From positions 1 through 54,503 of IMG/VR virus record IMGVR_UViG_3300031957_001318: a stretch of DNA of 54,503 nt. The stretch is one strand, 5' to 3'. Of the stretch, positions 17,456 through 27,188 are shown piece after piece. The notes below the pieces were generated by a model. The model was not told the DNA's origin. It saw only the letters and a list, made by a program, of their open reading frames with translations, and ran no database searches. Source of the stretch: a virus. Taxonomy: Duplodnaviria > Caudoviricetes. How positions within the stretch are numbered: the first letter of the stretch is position 1; each line of letters starts with the position of its first letter. A program made the position numbers and the translations under genes.

Positions 17456-19402
17456 TTACAAAGCAGGGCCGTAGGCGTGAAGCATTAGGGATTTGGCGTT
17501 CGCGGCAGGAATTGACGTAGCGGCCCACGCAACAAGCCTAGCCGTAGTCGCAAAGTTCCCTCGGACGTTAGCCCCGCCTGAAATATCAGCGCCGCGTTGC
17601 CAGTTGGCGTTGACGATTGGCTCACTACCAGACGGGTACGCCTTTGGGTATGTCCATGTGATTTCGCCAGTCCTGAACAAGGAACCATCGGCAGTAGTAA
17701 CCGCCTCTGCACTAATGTCCATTTCATAGAAGCAAGTCATAAATCCCTGCTCGTCAATGACAAAAGTACCGTTTGCATTAGTCTCACTGCGGGGGACGAG
17801 AACAGGTCCAGCGACACGGCCAGATACTCCCGCTTCCATGGTCTGAACGATGCACACGTTATCTTCTGCATCCACCTCCGCGAACACCGCCCATTCGCCA
17901 TAAGTCCCGGGGTCAAGGTGAACGGCTTCAACGCGATTACCAAAGCAGCCGACGCCAGCCCCGCCACCGTCAAAGCGCACACATGCCGTGGTGTAGGTTG
18001 CCCCCTTGCTATCGTTCGGATCAATGCCAACCGACACAACCCCTGTCACAAGGTTATATGCCGTTGCGGTACTCAAGTACCCGCCATTGCCCTCGGAAAT
18101 CGAAACGGCTTGGTATTCGTTGTTGATGCCTTGCACGTTATTGAAGACGTTATACTGAGCGCCATGGATCAGCTTAAGGGTTGACCCCTCACAATCTTCA
18201 CCAAAGAAGTTACCACCCGTGCAGTGGTGCGCGAAGCAATCGACGACCTCGCCAACGTTCTTGCCCCAGACATTAAAGATGTGGTGCCCGACGCCCTTCT
18301 TGACATTGACCACATCGGCTTGAGTGCCCCAAGCGGCCAGCGCGGCCCCCGTGTTGCCCATGTTGATCCCGGTGATATTCTGAATATCCCAAGCAACACC
18401 AACGGTGTCCTCGTCCACCTCAACCACAGTGCATTGTGTCAGAACGCCCGTACCATCCGCAAACACAGTCGGGTTCTGGCAATCCGTAGCGATAATATCT
18501 CGCGCAACAGGGCGTCCAGTGCAGGTGGAGCCCGCAACCATTTTGCCGGTCGGGATGCCGGTGAAAGAAAGACCCTTAACCACAGGACTATCGCAAGCAT
18601 CAACGATGATGCCGTATTTCAGATGATACCCCGGCGTACTATGCCAACGGATACCGAAATTCTCAAACACGGGACCATCTGTGCCGCTCGCGTCAATCAG
18701 TACGTTATTGGTGCCCTTAGCCGCCGCAGCAAGCGTGGAGTTGAACCCACTCGCAAGGCATTGCAGGTAATCAATGTCACGATTACGGCCACGGATACCA
18801 GCGTAATCAACATCAGAATCAAGACGCTGAGAGAATGCGTTATTACCGCGAATGTTAACGACATATCCAGCCGCAAGGCACGCCTGAATTGCAGCGGTCA
18901 TATCCGTGGTTCCGGGCGTAGTATTTTCCGCCCAATGGTAAGCAAATGCATCACCATCCGGAACAGCATCCGCCATATCAGAGATAGCCGTAGCGCCATC
19001 CGAATACACAACAGACAGCACTACAGCGTCAGTTGATGGGAGTTGCGCCGAATACCAGCTAATCTTGGTCACGTCGCTCGCCCGCGCAGCCCAAGCCGCA
19101 ACAGCCGCCGCCCGGTTAGCATAAGGCTGCGTAACGGTCAGGTCTACCGCGTCCCAATAGTTCGGCTGCGATTCAGAGCCGCCCTTATTTCCCACAATCT
19201 GATAAGCGCCGGGCTTAACCCAAAACTGCACGAACCCGTCAAGACCGCCCGTAATGGGGTTGCTAAGTGCGTCACCGGAAGCGTCGTAAATATCGGCAAG
19301 CGGGAATGTTGACCCATCATTAACGCGGACAGTTACAACCGGCTCTGGAATTACGTTGCCCAGATCGTCGGTTACTGTTTCATTCCAAGGCACAAGCGAC
19401 AT
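17456..19402 (-). CDS. Fibre/spike protein with a right-handed beta-helix (possible depolymerase)
   Basis: N-terminal attachment-like domain (NPITGGLDGFVQFWVKPGAY); TDMTAAIQACL helix preceding beta-helix repeats; C-terminal NANGT...TWTYPKAY domain. Confidence 0.75.
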   Translation of the reverse strand: MSLVPWNETVTDDLGNVIPEPVVTVRVNDGSTFPLADIYDASGDALSNPITGGLDGFVQFWVKPGAYQIVGNKGGSESQPNYWDAVDLTVTQPYANRAAAVAAWAARASDVTKISWYSAQLPSTDAVVLSVVYSDGATAISDMADAVPDGDAFAYHWAENTTPGTTDMTAAIQACLAAGYVVNIRGNNAFSQRLDSDVDYAGIRGRNRDIDYLQCLASGFNSTLAAAAKGTNNVLIDASGTDGPVFENFGIRWHSTPGYHLKYGIIVDACDSPVVKGLSFTGIPTGKMVAGSTCTGRPVARDIIATDCQNPTVFADGTGVLTQCTVVEVDEDTVGVAWDIQNITGINMGNTGAALAAWGTQADVVNVKKGVGHHIFNVWGKNVGEVVDCFAHHCTGGNFFGEDCEGSTLKLIHGAQYNVFNNVQGINNEYQAVSISEGNGGYLSTATAYNLVTGVVSVGIDPNDSKGATYTTACVRFDGGGAGVGCFGNRVEAVHLDPGTYGEWAVFAEVDAEDNVCIVQTMEAGVSGRVAGPVLVPRSETNANGTFVIDEQGFMTCFYEMDISAEAVTTADGSLFRTGEITWTYPKAYPSGSEPIVNANWQRGADISGGANVRGNFATTARLVAWAATSIPAANAKSLMLHAYGPAL

Positions 19403-19818
19403 TATTCAATGCTCCAATTAGATGTGTTTTCAGCGCGGAAAAGTCCAGCGGCCACTGTTCTTTTACTACCGTTTTCGTTTGCAGGATCGTCATTCAGAAT
19501 ATCGCATTCGAAGTAATTAAGCCGTTTAGTCAATGCGCCACTTTCATTCCTGAAAACCCAGACCGTGAATTTATATCCATTGCCGTGAATTGTAATATCG
19601 CCATCCGTCAGCGTTTTACTGAATTGAACAGCCCCGCCCAATTCTTTCGGCACATCCCAAACGGCAAATACAATTTCTTCTGCCCCGCTAATATCAACAA
19701 GCTGGCCCTCTTCATCGCGCACAGTAAAAATCAACCGAGCATCGTTATGCTTCGGGACTTTTATTGATTGCATGGGTAGATAAAGGTGTCCGTAATTACT
19801 CATGAGCATTTCCGCCAA
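19402..19818 (-). CDS. BppU-like N-terminal domain protein (fibre attachment)
   Basis: LIFTVRDEEGQLVDISGA pattern; next to the fibre gene. Confidence 0.55.
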   Translation of the reverse strand: MAEMLMSNYGHLYLPMQSIKVPKHNDARLIFTVRDEEGQLVDISGAEEIVFAVWDVPKELGGAVQFSKTLTDGDITIHGNGYKFTVWVFRNESGALTKRLNYFECDILNDDPANENGSKRTVAAGLFRAENTSNWSIE

Positions 19819-20141
19819 ATAGCAGTTAGCTCAATTGTATCGTCAAACACCGCATCCACACAAACCAGCGGATCATAAGGGCGTGCGCCCAGCACCAAAA
19901 CCTTACCGCCGAATACCAGCCTATCACCGCCGCTCGCCGTAACGGCAGGCATCGGTGCACCACCTGCCCCGAACGCCTCTTTGTACCCTTCACCATCCGT
20001 TTCAACGGCGGGCATGACAGCGCCACCGGAGCCGAATAGTTCGCGATAGCCAGTGCCAGCGGTCGTGACGGATGGAACACTCGCCCCGCCGCTACCATTG
20101 GCAATGTAGATCGTGAATGAGGGTGAAAACAGGATTGGCAT
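19800..20141 (-). CDS. Gly-rich virion protein with ~21-aa internal repeats
   Basis: Three GGAx(V/M)P(S/A)V units. Confidence 0.6.
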   Translation of the reverse strand: MPILFSPSFTIYIANGSGGASVPSVTTAGTGYRELFGSGGAVMPAVETDGEGYKEAFGAGGAPMPAVTASGGDRLVFGGKVLVLGARPYDPLVCVDAVFDDTIELTAIWRKCS

Positions 20142-20512
20142 TAGCTAGCGGGCGCAGTTACCGTAAAGCCGTCAAGCCGAAGTGTTTCATCCGCCACAAG
20201 TACCACAGAAGACAGTGTAATATCACCAGTCCCAACCGCGATAGTCGTCACGGTTCCAGTTAGCACAGCATCGCCGCCGCTTGTCTTGGCGACGTACTTA
20301 GCGATAGTCCCTCCCGTAACTGAGCTATCTTCCGTGATAGCATTGGCCGTGGCAACACCACCAACCGCCGACCCGAACGCAGGAGTACCGAACGTTACAG
20401 TTGCAACCTCTACGTTCCCGCTTGTCTGAAACTCAATAGTGCCCCCATCAAGAAGACCTGCAACAGCATCAGCCGCAGCGTTACGAGCGTTTACTTCAAG
20501 TGTGACTGCCAT
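20141..20512 (-). CDS. Putative virion structural protein
   Basis: ARNAAADAV...FGSAVGGVATANAIT...GDITLSS pattern seen in phage fibre modules. Confidence 0.65.
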   Translation of the reverse strand: MAVTLEVNARNAAADAVAGLLDGGTIEFQTSGNVEVATVTFGTPAFGSAVGGVATANAITEDSSVTGGTIAKYVAKTSGGDAVLTGTVTTIAVGTGDITLSSVVLVADETLRLDGFTVTAPAS

Positions 20513-21156
20513 TATTCTCTACCTTGCAATTTGCGGATCATCGTAATATGTTCTGGATTATCGCGGTATTGTACAACCGGGATTTCAACGGTTTTTACTT
20601 CCGTCTTAACTGCCGATCTAGCTTCGTCCAAAGCGGCCTTTAGCTTTTTATTTTCAGCACGGGCTTTCTTTAGCGCTGCAATTGTTTTGTCACTGTCCTT
20701 TTCCACGGTTATGGTTTTCATCACCACGCGCGGCACATCAACGGGGCGGTCTCGGTATTCAACGGCAGGCTTTTTCGCTAGATCGGATTCAAGTCTTTTG
20801 ATCTTGTCGATAGCCGATTTGAGCGCTTTTGTAGTCTCTTCGCTGTCCTGCGTTTTGGTAATAACCTTGGTAACTTGTTTGGGCACTTCCTTGATTACGT
20901 CGCGGTAGACGATGCGCTCCGGGCCGAGGATGTTTACCCGCTTTTCCACCACGCGCTCAGGACCGTCACGATAAACAACGCGCTCAGGCCCCGGCACCTC
21001 CTTTTCCACCACCTTAACGACGCGCTCAGGCACTTTAACCTCGCGCACCACTTCCACAGGCGGCAAATCACGCAGCCGCTTAATCTCAGCCTCAGCCGCG
21101 CGCAGTTTTTCTTGCAGGTCGTTAATGTCTTTACGCAGTTGCGGGATTGATGTCAT
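20512..21156 (-). CDS. Coiled-coil protein with V/E/K/P-rich PERVV repeats
   Basis: PERVV x3 plus PERIV, and VEYRD/VQYRD units; repeated CGCGCTCAGG at DNA level. Confidence 0.7.
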   Translation of the reverse strand: MTSIPQLRKDINDLQEKLRAAEAEIKRLRDLPPVEVVREVKVPERVVKVVEKEVPGPERVVYRDGPERVVEKRVNILGPERIVYRDVIKEVPKQVTKVITKTQDSEETTKALKSAIDKIKRLESDLAKKPAVEYRDRPVDVPRVVMKTITVEKDSDKTIAALKKARAENKKLKAALDEARSAVKTEVKTVEIPVVQYRDNPEHITMIRKLQGRE

Positions 21157-22486
21157 TGTCTTCCTCCTGCCCTTCCTCGCCTAGCGTTCCGCCCGCGTCG
21201 ATCCAGTCCCAATAATGCCCCTCTAGCCCCGGGAACACGCCATTCTCAGTGAACGCATTAATAACCGATTGCGTCATAACCTCGGCGGGAATTGCGCCGC
21301 TGGAAATTAGCTTCTGCACGCTGGACGAAATCTTGTCTGCCAATTCCGCGCGTTCTTTGTCAGACTGTTGCCAGAGGCTATTCCAATTGTAATGGATTTC
21401 AGCAGGACGAGCGCCAAGAGCATCCCAGATAATGCATTCATCCAGCACCGACATAGCTGGTTGCAACTCATTGGATTGCAGCGTGTTGACGTAATCGTAA
21501 TACGCGCTAAGCTCAAGATCACCAGTAGCGCCAAGACCACCCGCACCAGTGCCAAACAGGATAGCGCGCGGCATCCGAGCGGCAGCGCTGGCGTCCTCTT
21601 GTGCCTTTTCGATAACGTCAGGCAAGGTAGCAAACGAAGTCGTGGATTGGTCTAACCGCTCGCCCTTGTCATCTGAAATATTAGGATCGCCCGCGTCCAG
21701 CAGGCCCATGCTCATATTGCTAAGGCCCATGTTGAACACACGGGCGCGCGTCAATACTTGCGTCTCGCCTTCGCTGTCCTCTAGCAGCTTGGCAAGGTTC
21801 TGAATGTACAGAATACGCACACGCGCGTCATGCGTCATTCCAGAGACGTTATGAATAATGCTATCATAACGCTTAATAGCAGGCAGGGTTGACGCTAGTA
21901 CGCTTTCACTTTCCGAACCGAAAACGTAGTCTTGCGGAAGCTCTTTACCCTTGAATTTCACCAGCCGCGACGGGTGAATGCGCCGCAATTCAGCGGTTGA
22001 CATAACCTCGTAATATTGCGGCTCCCCATACCCGTCTTGCAGCGGGTCGGTCTGAATAGGCCCTTCCGCAATCTCATTCTTTGTCAGCAGAACGATACGG
22101 GAAATGCCGCCATTCTTGGCGCGCCGTGGGTCTAGCGGTTCATCCGTGCGATCTTCATCGCCCTTAATCGAAATATAGAGATAAGCCTCACCATACAGTC
22201 GCCCAAGTTGGAATGCGCGCTCAGACTTCTTAAGCCATCCAATCCGCTTTTCCGTAGCCTCAATACGACTGATCTGATCCGCCTCAGCCTGCCACGCACG
22301 GCCTTTTCGAAAGCAGTCCTCGGCCACCTGATCCACAACGCGCCGCGCAAGCCATGACGTGCGATACGCCGCGACGTACTCCTGCGTGCGGTCGTGCGTC
22401 GGCAAGGTATAGGTGACACTCTCGCTCTTGTCGCGGTCAGTCCCCATGCCAGTAACCAGTGATGTGAGGCCGTCATTGATATGCAT
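21131..22486 (-). CDS. Portal protein (DUF1073/HI1409-type)
   Basis: DGLTSLVTGMGTDRDK, YRTSWLARRVVD, IHPSRL and LFGTGAGGL motifs; first minus-strand gene after terL. Confidence 0.85.
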   Translation of the reverse strand: MHINDGLTSLVTGMGTDRDKSESVTYTLPTHDRTQEYVAAYRTSWLARRVVDQVAEDCFRKGRAWQAEADQISRIEATEKRIGWLKKSERAFQLGRLYGEAYLYISIKGDEDRTDEPLDPRRAKNGGISRIVLLTKNEIAEGPIQTDPLQDGYGEPQYYEVMSTAELRRIHPSRLVKFKGKELPQDYVFGSESESVLASTLPAIKRYDSIIHNVSGMTHDARVRILYIQNLAKLLEDSEGETQVLTRARVFNMGLSNMSMGLLDAGDPNISDDKGERLDQSTTSFATLPDVIEKAQEDASAAARMPRAILFGTGAGGLGATGDLELSAYYDYVNTLQSNELQPAMSVLDECIIWDALGARPAEIHYNWNSLWQQSDKERAELADKISSSVQKLISSGAIPAEVMTQSVINAFTENGVFPGLEGHYWDWIDAGGTLGEEGQEEDNDINPATA

Positions 22487-22493
22487 AGGCGAT

Positions 22494-22540
22494 AGTGTAG
22501 CAGAAGGCGCTTGACAGGCAAATCAGGGCGTGGTATCAAC
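22494..22540. promoter_or_regulatory. Bidirectional promoter cassette, copy 2
   Basis: Plus: TTGACA(22511)...TGGTATCAA. Minus: TTGCCT-16-TACACT, 7 nt before the portal ATG. Confidence 0.6.
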
Positions 22541-22565
22541 GCGGCGTAGACACAGGAGCAACACC

Positions 22566-22739
22566 ATGCAATACCACGTTAAACGTATCGACAGCATGTT
22601 TTCCAAGGTCATGTGGGGCGATTGCGACATGACGCGGGCGCTACTGATCCGCTTGTATGATGACCACGATACTGCTGGTATGGTGTTTCATCCTATTGCG
22701 CAAGAAATGTGTGACAAGGCTAATGGGGTGAAAACGTGA
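22566..22739 (+). CDS. Hypothetical protein
   Basis: AGGAG RBS; first gene of a plus-strand cluster. Confidence 0.65.
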   Translation: MQYHVKRIDSMFSKVMWGDCDMTRALLIRLYDDHDTAGMVFHPIAQEMCDKANGVKT

Positions 22740-22808
22740 AACACATCCTATGGGTACTCGCCCTGCTATCGTGCGGGTGTGATCTTGACAAGGCTAGGGA
22801 GATGATGA

Positions 22809-23060
22809 ATGAGCGGTGAGTGGGGCGATTGGATTGAGCATGACGGCAAGGGGTGTCCGTGCGTGGGGATGTATGTGCGGGTTGTGCATGAGTTTTGGGA
22901 AAGCCAATGGGAAGGGGTCGCAAAGGGTGGCCCGTCTTGGGATTGGGATTCCGATTACGAACGCATCATCCGCTATCGCATCCGCCGCCCCCGCGCCCTT
23001 CTCGACATGATCGACCGGGCGGCAGAGTTGGACAAGCTGGGCGAATTGGAGGAAATGTAA
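22809..23060 (+). CDS. Hypothetical phage protein
   Basis: WIEHDGKGCP...IIRYRI motif, similar in style to 41974..42285. Confidence 0.7.
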   Translation: MSGEWGDWIEHDGKGCPCVGMYVRVVHEFWESQWEGVAKGGPSWDWDSDYERIIRYRIRRPRALLDMIDRAAELDKLGELEEM

Positions 23061-23242
23061 TGCGAGTTAAACTTAGCGAAACCGGTAAGTCTGTGTACGA
23101 TGACGAGCCAGAAAATCCGCACGGCATCACTGGCACTATCGACGCAAACTATACGCCGTGGGATAATGAGTTTATCGTGTGCGTTCGCTGGGATAACGGC
23201 GAGGTAAACAGTTATCGGGATTGTGATTTGGAGATGATTTGA
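23060..23242 (+). CDS. Hypothetical protein (SH3-like)
   Basis: TAATG coupling; VRWDNGEVNSYR..DL motif. Confidence 0.65.
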   Translation: MRVKLSETGKSVYDDEPENPHGITGTIDANYTPWDNEFIVCVRWDNGEVNSYRDCDLEMI

Positions 23243-23486
23243 TGCGTAAGCAGGTTTACCTATTCGCCTATGGATATTGGGCTGATATCATCAAAGAAAC
23301 AGATACCCATATTGGTGCTATTGATATTGACGGCATTAATACGGTTGTGGTAAAGGATGGTATGGAGTTAGTCAGATGGGCGCAGTAATCCACTGGTACG
23401 AAATCCTAACCTCCGTATGTATCTTTTTCTTTTGCTGGGCGATTGAGGAGCAGTTTCATGATGGATCGGATTGAGGCGGCGGGTTA

Positions 23487-23798
23487 ATGCCCCGCAAACG
23501 ACACCACGTCATAGCAACGATCCGCGACCGAAAAGGCCGTGTACTTGCTATGGCGTGTAACTCATACGATAAGACGCATCCCTTGCAGGCTAAGTATGCT
23601 TCGTTGTGTGGATTGCCTCATAAGCAGTACCTTCACGCAGAAGTCGCGGCAATCCTAAAGGTACGGGACATCAGCCGGGCTTGGAGTATTCGCGTGGAAC
23701 GGTACAACGCAAAGGGTGAGCCGGTGAACGCTAAGCCTTGCGTTATCTGTGCGAAGGTGATAGAAGCGGTTGGGATTAGTAATGTGGAATGGACATAG
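23487..23798 (+). CDS. Cytidine/dCMP deaminase-family zinc protein
   Basis: HAE and PCVIC zinc-binding motifs. Confidence 0.8.
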   Translation: MPRKRHHVIATIRDRKGRVLAMACNSYDKTHPLQAKYASLCGLPHKQYLHAEVAAILKVRDISRAWSIRVERYNAKGEPVNAKPCVICAKVIEAVGISNVEWT

Positions 23799-23810
23799 GA
23801 GGAATACAGC

Positions 23811-24188
23811 GTGAATTTACTAGACCACATCAAAGCAGATCGTGAGGCGGGGACGCCGGGGCCGTGGGCGTACGAGGCACACGGCGATACAATGCAGTAT
23901 GGTGTCGGGGTATGCCACGCCCTTAGCGATATCGAAATGGCATTCCCTCTATCTGGTCAGGTTGATTCAGATGTGATGGTGACCGACCCGGTTTGCGTGG
24001 AGGTTAACTGCCAAACCAACGCCCGCCGCATCGCCCGGGTTCCAGACATCGAAACCGCCCTTCTAGCGGCTGGTGAGTTGGCGGATGCTACTGCCGAGGA
24101 TCTGGCGTCGTGGCCAAAGCACATGGTTCAGGACACACGGCTTGCCAACGCCCTCGCCGCCTTCCGCAGCGCAATTGAGGTGAAGTGA
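23811..24188 (+). CDS. Ead/Ea22-like protein
   Basis: GTPGPW and NARRIARVP motifs; AGGAGG RBS. Confidence 0.65.
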   Translation: MNLLDHIKADREAGTPGPWAYEAHGDTMQYGVGVCHALSDIEMAFPLSGQVDSDVMVTDPVCVEVNCQTNARRIARVPDIETALLAAGELADATAEDLASWPKHMVQDTRLANALAAFRSAIEVK

Positions 24189-24419
24189 TGATGGAAGTTT
24201 ATTGGCTGACGCCTATTTCTTTGTTCTGGTTTACTTTTGGCTTTGTCGTTGGGCGGGTCGGCAAATGACCATCAAAACAGCGATTTACGGATACATCGGC
24301 GTCTTAATCGGTCTATCATTGGCTATGACTTTAACGTGGATTAACGCGGATTTTTCACTGGCGTATCATATTGGTGCGACTATTGGATATTGGTGTGCGG
24401 TGTATGTGGGAATGACCAA

Positions 24420-24638
24420 ATGACCATCACAACGGAAGAACTGCAACGGCTAGTGGATAATGCGCAGGGTATCGGCACAGATCACCGGCTGGTATACCTC
24501 GCCCGCCGCGTCCTTGCTGCGGAGAAGATGGTGGAGGCGGGTTCCAAGATGGCTGATGCGGCAGAGATTGGCGACATTACGTCAGACGAAGTGACTGCAT
24601 GGGACGCCGCCATCTCAGCATACGAGGCCACCAAATGA
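24420..24638 (+). CDS. Hypothetical protein
   Basis: ATGA coupling with the upstream ORF; helical. Confidence 0.55.
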   Translation: MTITTEELQRLVDNAQGIGTDHRLVYLARRVLAAEKMVEAGSKMADAAEIGDITSDEVTAWDAAISAYEATK

Positions 24639-24688
24639 CCAACCTGCTACCGTGCCCGTTCTGCGCTAAACCCAACTCAGGGTCTTAA
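24635..24688 (+). pseudogene. Possible truncated Lar-like zinc-finger gene remnant
   Basis: MTNLLPCPFCAKPNSGS*; ATGA-coupled start; runs into the terL stop. Confidence 0.4.
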
Positions 24689-26042
24689 TAGGCTTCCCAT
24701 CCGTCACAGCGTCAAACATGGGGTCTAACTGGTCGTCATGTTTGCCGTTGGGGAAGTAACTCGCCTCTTGCAAGAAATCAGATAGCCACGGCGCATTCCG
24801 TGGCAAAAACACGTTTCCGCTTTCAACGTATGGGGCGGCATCTAAGGCGCGCGTGACTTTATCCGTGCCACGCTGCACCCCTAACACGGGCAGACCCTCG
24901 CGCCTTAGCGTCTGGATCAGGTCAGTGCCAGATACCTTGTCCTCGACCTTCATGTGACGCAGCTTGCCGTTGCTGACTGCCCTGTGTTTATTCCAGAATG
25001 CGCGCGCTTGGTCTCTTAGCTCAGGGCTTTCCCATTTACCCCTGATCTGGTCGATTAGATACCGCTGGCCTTCCTTTGTACGTCCCCAGCATTGCAACAC
25101 AGAGTAATCGTTTTCCTCTTTCGTCTTTTGTGCCGTATCCGCATAGATACCCCGCCATTCAAACGCGGGTTCAATCGTGTAGTACTGCCACCATGAGTCC
25201 TTAAAGATACCACCGCCAATAGGTGCTGGACGCTGCATGTACTGCCCCGCGAACACATAGCTGTTGGATTTCTCCATACGGCGCAGGTTGTCAATTTCAA
25301 AGTTGCTATTCTCAGGCCAGAAGCTATTCCCATCCGGGTCAATCGCCGGGATAACTAGGTGATGCCATTTCTCGCCATTACCTCCATCTAGCAGGAACCC
25401 CGACAAGTCCTCTTCGTGCAAGCGCTGCATGATTAGGATGATCGGCGTTTCTCTAGAGTTCTTACGGCTTTCTAGCGTCGTCGTGAACCAGTTAAGCACG
25501 TTCTGCCGCATGGTATCGGATGCAGCCTCACCGGCCTTGTGCGGGTCATCGACTACGATCGCGCCGCCGAAGTAATCGCGCATTTTGCCAGCGCCGAAAC
25601 CAGTGATCGTGCCGCCTGCGCCGGTTGCGTAAACGTGTCCACCATCTTTAGTTTTGAAGTGATCCTTGGCATTTGTATCGTTGCGATACTTAGGTGCCCC
25701 GAACACCGCCGCGAAAGCCTCATGGCTCATAATCTCGCGTATCTCTGCCGTGTTAGCCGTTGCAAGCGTTTGGGCATAGCTGGCATGAATAAACTCGGCA
25801 TCTGGGAATATCCCCATGCACCACGCGATAAACGCCTTAACCGCCACCTCAGTTTTACCAGAGCGTGGCGGCACGTTAATGATAAGGCGATTAATGTCAC
25901 CCGTTACAACACGTTCCAATGTACGGCAAAGTTCCTTATGGAAAGGCGCTTCCATAAGGTTTTGTTTTCGTCGCTTCTGGAACATGTATTTAGTGAATTC
26001 CAGAAGGTCAGTCTGGAGTGTTGCGATTTCCTCCGGGGTCAT
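24666..26042 (-). CDS. terL: Terminase large subunit
   Basis: Walker A INVPPRSGKT, Walker B IVVDDPHK, MQRLHEEDL; RNase H-like ADTA..DYS and HDDQLD motifs. Confidence 0.93.
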   Translation of the reverse strand: MTPEEIATLQTDLLEFTKYMFQKRRKQNLMEAPFHKELCRTLERVVTGDINRLIINVPPRSGKTEVAVKAFIAWCMGIFPDAEFIHASYAQTLATANTAEIREIMSHEAFAAVFGAPKYRNDTNAKDHFKTKDGGHVYATGAGGTITGFGAGKMRDYFGGAIVVDDPHKAGEAASDTMRQNVLNWFTTTLESRKNSRETPIILIMQRLHEEDLSGFLLDGGNGEKWHHLVIPAIDPDGNSFWPENSNFEIDNLRRMEKSNSYVFAGQYMQRPAPIGGGIFKDSWWQYYTIEPAFEWRGIYADTAQKTKEENDYSVLQCWGRTKEGQRYLIDQIRGKWESPELRDQARAFWNKHRAVSNGKLRHMKVEDKVSGTDLIQTLRREGLPVLGVQRGTDKVTRALDAAPYVESGNVFLPRNAPWLSDFLQEASYFPNGKHDDQLDPMFDAVTDGKPIKTLSWV

Positions 26043-26183
26043 GCGTCAGGGTGTAGCATGGTGCGTGGGTGGGAGGCAAGTTAGCGGTTATTTGCCCAGA
26101 TACAGACTGCCAAGCCAATAAAGAATGCCAGCATCATTGCGGCGTCTGCGTATGTGGTCATTGAATCGCCTCCATCTTCACGC

Positions 26184-26696
26184 TTAGCTGACAGTAGCGA
26201 GCCATTTATTAACCTCCTTAAATGTGCCCATAACAGGCTCACCGTCTAGCGTGTCAATGGTTCCAATCTTATTATCGCCATTGATGTACACGCCAACAGT
26301 CTCGCGCTTTGGTTCAGGTTTGATGCGGTAGGCGCGATGTGGCGCGAATTGGCTAATAATATATTGACCGCATGTCACCCAAACTCGTTCATCACTTCGC
26401 CACGCCTCAATATCTCGTTTTTCATGCGCAGCCAGCAACAGCGCGCCTTTTTCTTCTGGGGATAGGTCGCTCCATGTTTTAGGTTCATGTGCGGCGCGGG
26501 AGATTAGGCGTACATCATTCATCGAGTAACGAATAGGATCAATGCTGCCTTTCCCATCCCACCAAGAGAATCCGTACCTGCCTCCGACAACCTCAGTAAC
26601 TGTGTACTTTATACCCTCACTGCCAAACTCCACCACATCCCCCGGCTTAACGTCCAGTTCACGCAGCGTTCCAACGTCTCCGATTTTAGCAGTCAT
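26184..26696 (-). CDS. Hypothetical protein
   Basis: GGAG RBS; LDVKPGDVV and AYRIKPEPKRETV motifs typical of small roseophage proteins. Confidence 0.7.
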   Translation of the reverse strand: MTAKIGDVGTLRELDVKPGDVVEFGSEGIKYTVTEVVGGRYGFSWWDGKGSIDPIRYSMNDVRLISRAAHEPKTWSDLSPEEKGALLLAAHEKRDIEAWRSDERVWVTCGQYIISQFAPHRAYRIKPEPKRETVGVYINGDNKIGTIDTLDGEPVMGTFKEVNKWLATVS

Positions 26697-26942
26697 TCAC
26701 ACTCTCCAATCCAAGCAAAGTTACCATTGTTAGGGCAGTAAAGCGCATATCCGCGTTCGATAGCTTGCGATTGCCACAGATGATCTGGCGTTGCAAACCA
26801 TGCAACTGCTAAAAACAGCCCCCAAAAACCGGCCATCAATCCAACAAGAAACCCCATCATCACATCCCTCCAAATCCAAATCCCAAAAACAGAGTCCCGA
26901 CCATCAGGACAACCAGTGCAATCGTTCCTAGCATATCTCGGA

Positions 26943-27188
26943 TCATGCCGCAACCCTAAGTTTGGTGTATTCGCGCAGGTTAGCCGCCGCAGGAGTGCCA
27001 CCAGTGGGCGGGCTGGGCGGTTCTGGCGTGGTGTGTGATCCGGTCGCCCAGATCAGTTGACGGATGCCGAAGTAAGTATCCGACCATAGCTCTTCGCGGT
27101 CGCCACGGGATAAGATGATAGGCTGCGCGTGTCCCCATGGATCGCGTGGTGCTGGCCGGTAGTCTGATAGGTTGATGATGTTAGTCAT
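26943..27188 (-). CDS. Hypothetical protein
   Basis: AGGA RBS; NIINLSDYR start. Confidence 0.6.
   Translation of the reverse strand: MTNIINLSDYRPAPRDPWGHAQPIILSRGDREELWSDTYFGIRQLIWATGSHTTPEPPSPPTGGTPAAANLREYTKLRVAA

Noticed and set aside
15320-19036. Long plus-strand ORFs (15320..15991, 16576..17160, 18224..19036)
   Set aside because: Shadows of the capsid, scaffold and fibre genes
21131-22486. Anti-CBASS Acb1, a label often attached to DUF1073 proteins
   Set aside because: No 2H phosphoesterase domain is visible; size and synteny indicate a portal protein
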